From a virus, in IMG/VR virus record IMGVR_UViG_3300037420_001136, positions 1 through 64,000 of that record: DNA of 64,000 nucleotides, one strand, 5' to 3'. Positions 61,577 through 64,000 of this stretch are shown in pieces. Each line of letters opens with the position of its first letter. Positions within the stretch are counted from its first letter, which is position 1. The position numbers and the translations under genes are program-made. The notes under the pieces were generated by a model. The model made no database searches, was not told the DNA's origin, and saw only the letters and a list, made by a program, of their open reading frames with translations.

Positions 61577-61893
61577 GCGGGCACTAGCTCCTTCGTCTTG
61601 GGGCGATGCTGGTGCATCATCTGACTCCAGGCATCCTCGTCACCATCTATCTCGCGAAACTGACAGGAGCAATGATACCATCGCTTGGGATGCTCGTACT
61701 CCCAAACACGGATCCCGCAGCCGGTGAATCCTTCTGGAAGATCTATGTGATCAGTCTCACGCACCGTGTAGGCGCGTCCTTTCACGAGCTCGGTGACGTC
61801 GTCCCAACTATTCGGGTAGTTCTGCCTAACGCACTCACAGAACGGGCAGGTGCCGCCGACGAATACGACCTTTGCTCCCGGTTTGAACATCAT
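61573..61893 (-). CDS. Hypothetical protein (SH3-like, Cys-containing)
   Basis: FKPG.KVV......L..G..YTVR...FR pattern. Confidence 0.55.
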   Translation of the reverse strand: MMFKPGAKVVFVGGTCPFCECVRQNYPNSWDDVTELVKGRAYTVRETDHIDLPEGFTGCGIRVWEYEHPKRWYHCSCQFREIDGDEDAWSQMMHQHRPKTKELVPA

Positions 61894-61975
61894 CCACCTC
61901 TACCGAGGAACCACCAGACGAAGGCCAGCCAGAAGAGCAGCAGGCCGAGCGACATCAGCGAGTACGACAGGCATC

Positions 61976-62416
61976 TCATCTGTGATACCAGCGCTTCTGC
62001 TTCGGAGAGCCGTAGCCAGACGACACAGCCTCATACGACGAGTAAGAATCACTCAGCGGCTGAGGCTCTCGACGCGAGGTCTTCTCCTCCGGCACCATTC
62101 TCGGCGGCCTCGAGTCTTCCAAGCCATCCAGATAGCCGTTGAGACGATTCACTGCCGCCTCAGACTTGTGCAGGAGATCACGCGTCTCGTTATGAGACTC
62201 GATCTCAACTACCCACTTCTTCTCGTACTCGTCGCGCTGACTTCTCGCCTGCTTCAGCTGATCGCTGAGGTACGTGAGGTCAGACTGCATCTTCGCCATC
62301 TTATCTCGATGGGACTGCTTCTCGTCGGCAAGTTCTAACCTCAGCTTGGTCAGCTTCTCCAGCTCCTCGACCGTTGCTCTCGTACGACGCTTCGTAGTCT
62401 TAGCTGCCCTCGCCAC
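61976..62416 (-). CDS. Coiled-coil protein
   Basis: Heptad-rich E/K/L central region; GGAG RBS. Confidence 0.55.
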   Translation of the reverse strand: MARAAKTTKRRTRATVEELEKLTKLRLELADEKQSHRDKMAKMQSDLTYLSDQLKQARSQRDEYEKKWVVEIESHNETRDLLHKSEAAVNRLNGYLDGLEDSRPPRMVPEEKTSRREPQPLSDSYSSYEAVSSGYGSPKQKRWYHR

Positions 62417-62594
62417 TCTCCAACTCCTTCATCACGTTTCTCAGCGCCAAGGCTCTGTCCTGAGCCACGGCGCAGTCCGGGTCCAGGAACTCGTACTTCC
62501 TCGCGTTGTAGAGCTTGTACTTCCCCGAGGCCAGCCCCTCGTAGAGCTGAGCGGCCTTCAGGAGAGTCTCTAGCCGGTAGGCGGTGGACGACAT
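62400..62594 (-). CDS. Hypothetical protein
   Basis: ATG 62594, 2 nt after the upstream stop. Confidence 0.45.
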   Translation of the reverse strand: MSSTAYRLETLLKAAQLYEGLASGKYKLYNARKYEFLDPDCAVAQDRALALRNVMKELESGEGS

Positions 62595-62596
62595 CT

Positions 62597-62794
62597 TCAC
62601 CATCGCGAGCTCGGTATAACCTGAACCTCGGCCACTAGGTCGAGGGGTATCGCAATCTCCTTGTACCACTCGTCCGTCACGACGACGACGCTGCTTTCGT
62701 ATCTGACCTTCTTCTCGTACGAGCCTCCCGGACGCGGGGTATCCTTGAACTCTCGCTGAGTTCCGTCGCGCATCTTGATGCAGATGTATGCCAT
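62597..62794 (-). CDS. Hypothetical protein
   Basis: TGATG-coupled start at 62794 (MAYICIKMRDG...). Confidence 0.55.
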   Translation of the reverse strand: MAYICIKMRDGTQREFKDTPRPGGSYEKKVRYESSVVVVTDEWYKEIAIPLDLVAEVQVIPSSRW

Positions 62795-63633
62795 CAGCCG
62801 CCGACTCCCGCTAAGTGAGACCACGCCGGATGCTGGTTGGCGCGTCGCCAGAACATATGTTCGTCGCCACGCATCAGGGAGAGATGAGCTATGATGTCGT
62901 CGGTCGGGCACATCGCGCCTGCCCACGAGCCGTGATAGTATGCAATCGGGTGCATACAGAGAGCGGCTAGGATCTTCACGGACGATTCCTGGTCCGAGCC
63001 GGGACGATTCGCGGAGAGTGCCAGAGTTGGTCTCAGCCGCCGGAAGACGTACTGCACGTGAGATCGCTGCGACTTTTCCATGAACATACCGGTGAGAAGA
63101 TACTGCTTGAACTGTCGATGCCGCAACATTCCGCCGAGCGTCTTCAGCGCAGCCTGCTCCTGATCTACTCCCCAGACGTCGGAGGCGAACAAGGTCGCCA
63201 GAACCTCGTCCATGTGATTACCCTTCTGATAGACGAGTGACCTTGTGCGACCCGTCTCGGGATTCTCCACTACGAGAACGTTGGCCGACTTCTTGCCGCA
63301 GTAGAACTGGTTCCTGATCTTCCAGTCGCCGTACTTCTTCATCACCTCGGTCGGTGGACGATCTGGCTGTATCTCCTCGTCCACCTTCCGGTAGGCGTTG
63401 TGGAAGGAGAAGCTCTCGTCGACCACCAGAGAGATGCCCTCCAGCGGTATCGGCATTCCGGAGTACTCTCCTCGCTGGAAGCCCAGCTTTGTAAGCTGAA
63501 CCCTCAGCGTGTGAAACGGGTCTAGATCGCGGCAGAGAGTTCTGCCGTCGGCCTCATCCGCCCGCTGTTCTGGGGACTGCGACGGCCTTGGCTCGTCCGG
63601 CCGGGACTCTTCGGGTAGATCCTCGTCGAGCAC
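62794..63633 (-). CDS. Conserved hypothetical protein
   Basis: 279 aa; Y.LTG.F.E.S.RS...Y.FR.LRPT and LC.HP..YY..SWAG...PTDD.IAHL motifs; start uncertain. Confidence 0.6.
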   Translation of the reverse strand: MLDEDLPEESRPDEPRPSQSPEQRADEADGRTLCRDLDPFHTLRVQLTKLGFQRGEYSGMPIPLEGISLVVDESFSFHNAYRKVDEEIQPDRPPTEVMKKYGDWKIRNQFYCGKKSANVLVVENPETGRTRSLVYQKGNHMDEVLATLFASDVWGVDQEQAALKTLGGMLRHRQFKQYLLTGMFMEKSQRSHVQYVFRRLRPTLALSANRPGSDQESSVKILAALCMHPIAYYHGSWAGAMCPTDDIIAHLSLMRGDEHMFWRRANQHPAWSHLAGVGG

Positions 63634-63997
63634 TCTTACCTCCCTTCGTCTTCTTGGGTGCGTTGCTCTCGGCAGGAGCTTTGACCCTTGTTCTGCCGGT
63701 GTGCGTCTCCGGTGCCATCAGATCCTCGGGCAGGCCGGCGACGATGTACTCGGTGGTCTCCTCGTCGAAGTCGAGAGCGCGACGATAGAGCGGCCCCTTG
63801 TCGTCTTTGCCGACCTCCACGAGCACCGCGTAGCCTCGCCTAATCATGTCCTTGACGAGTGCCGCCGCCGTGGCGCGATCCTCCGGTGGCCCCTCGGGGT
63901 CGAAGCTGATCTTCGTGTCACCCGTGCCTACGTTCAGGAGAGAAAGCTCTCCGATCTGCTCGTGCTCAGCCACGCGCTCTCTCCTTATGTCGCTCAA
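63554..63997 (-). CDS. Hypothetical protein
   Basis: LNVGTGDTKISFD...DM.RRGYA.LVE; basic C-terminus; start near the window edge. Confidence 0.55.
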   Translation of the reverse strand: MSDIRRERVAEHEQIGELSLLNVGTGDTKISFDPEGPPEDRATAAALVKDMIRRGYAVLVEVGKDDKGPLYRRALDFDEETTEYIVAGLPEDLMAPETHTGRTRVKAPAESNAPKKTKGGKSARRGSTRRVPAGRAKAVAVPRTAGG

Positions 63998-64000
63998 AGA

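Noticed and set aside
1-64000. CRISPR array, integrase/att site, transposase, tRNA genes, reverse transcriptase/DGR
   Set aside because: No regularly spaced direct repeats and no recognisable motifs for these by eye; a tRNAscan/CRISPR finder run would be needed to be definitive.

Overview
This window is 64 kb of a tailed dsDNA bacteriophage with a siphovirus-type long non-contractile tail. The host is probably an alphaproteobacterium, inferred from promoter style and tail-gene type. The plus strand (1-39.8 kb) carries neck/tail morphogenesis genes (with a -1 frameshifted tail chaperone and an 1846-aa tape measure protein), holin/lipoprotein genes, an SNF2 helicase and SSB, a thymidine-hypermodification cluster, PolA, dUTPase, exonucleases, an SF1 helicase, terminase, class II RNR and a papain-like protease. 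The modification cluster comprises a 5-hmdU DNA kinase, a TAGT/base-J-type glycosyltransferase, a dUMP hydroxymethylase, an HD nucleotidase and DUF3310. The minus strand (39.9-64 kb) carries ligase, nuclease, endolysin, a Calx-beta lipoprotein and many small early-type genes, with one plus-strand primase-helicase among them. No portal, capsid, integrase, tRNA or CRISPR array was recognised. Main leads: (1) a kinase + glycosyltransferase hmdU pathway with no amino-acid:DNA transferase in the window; (2) a ~460-nt promoter-driven, heavily base-paired non-coding region (33884-34345) with competing helices; (3) a 15-copy promoter motif CTTG-N6-GARN-N10-(-10 box); (4) a split tail-hub gene; (5) a tandem-HTH regulator that needs a non-canonical start codon. 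All family assignments are by motif recognition from the translated sequence, not database searches.
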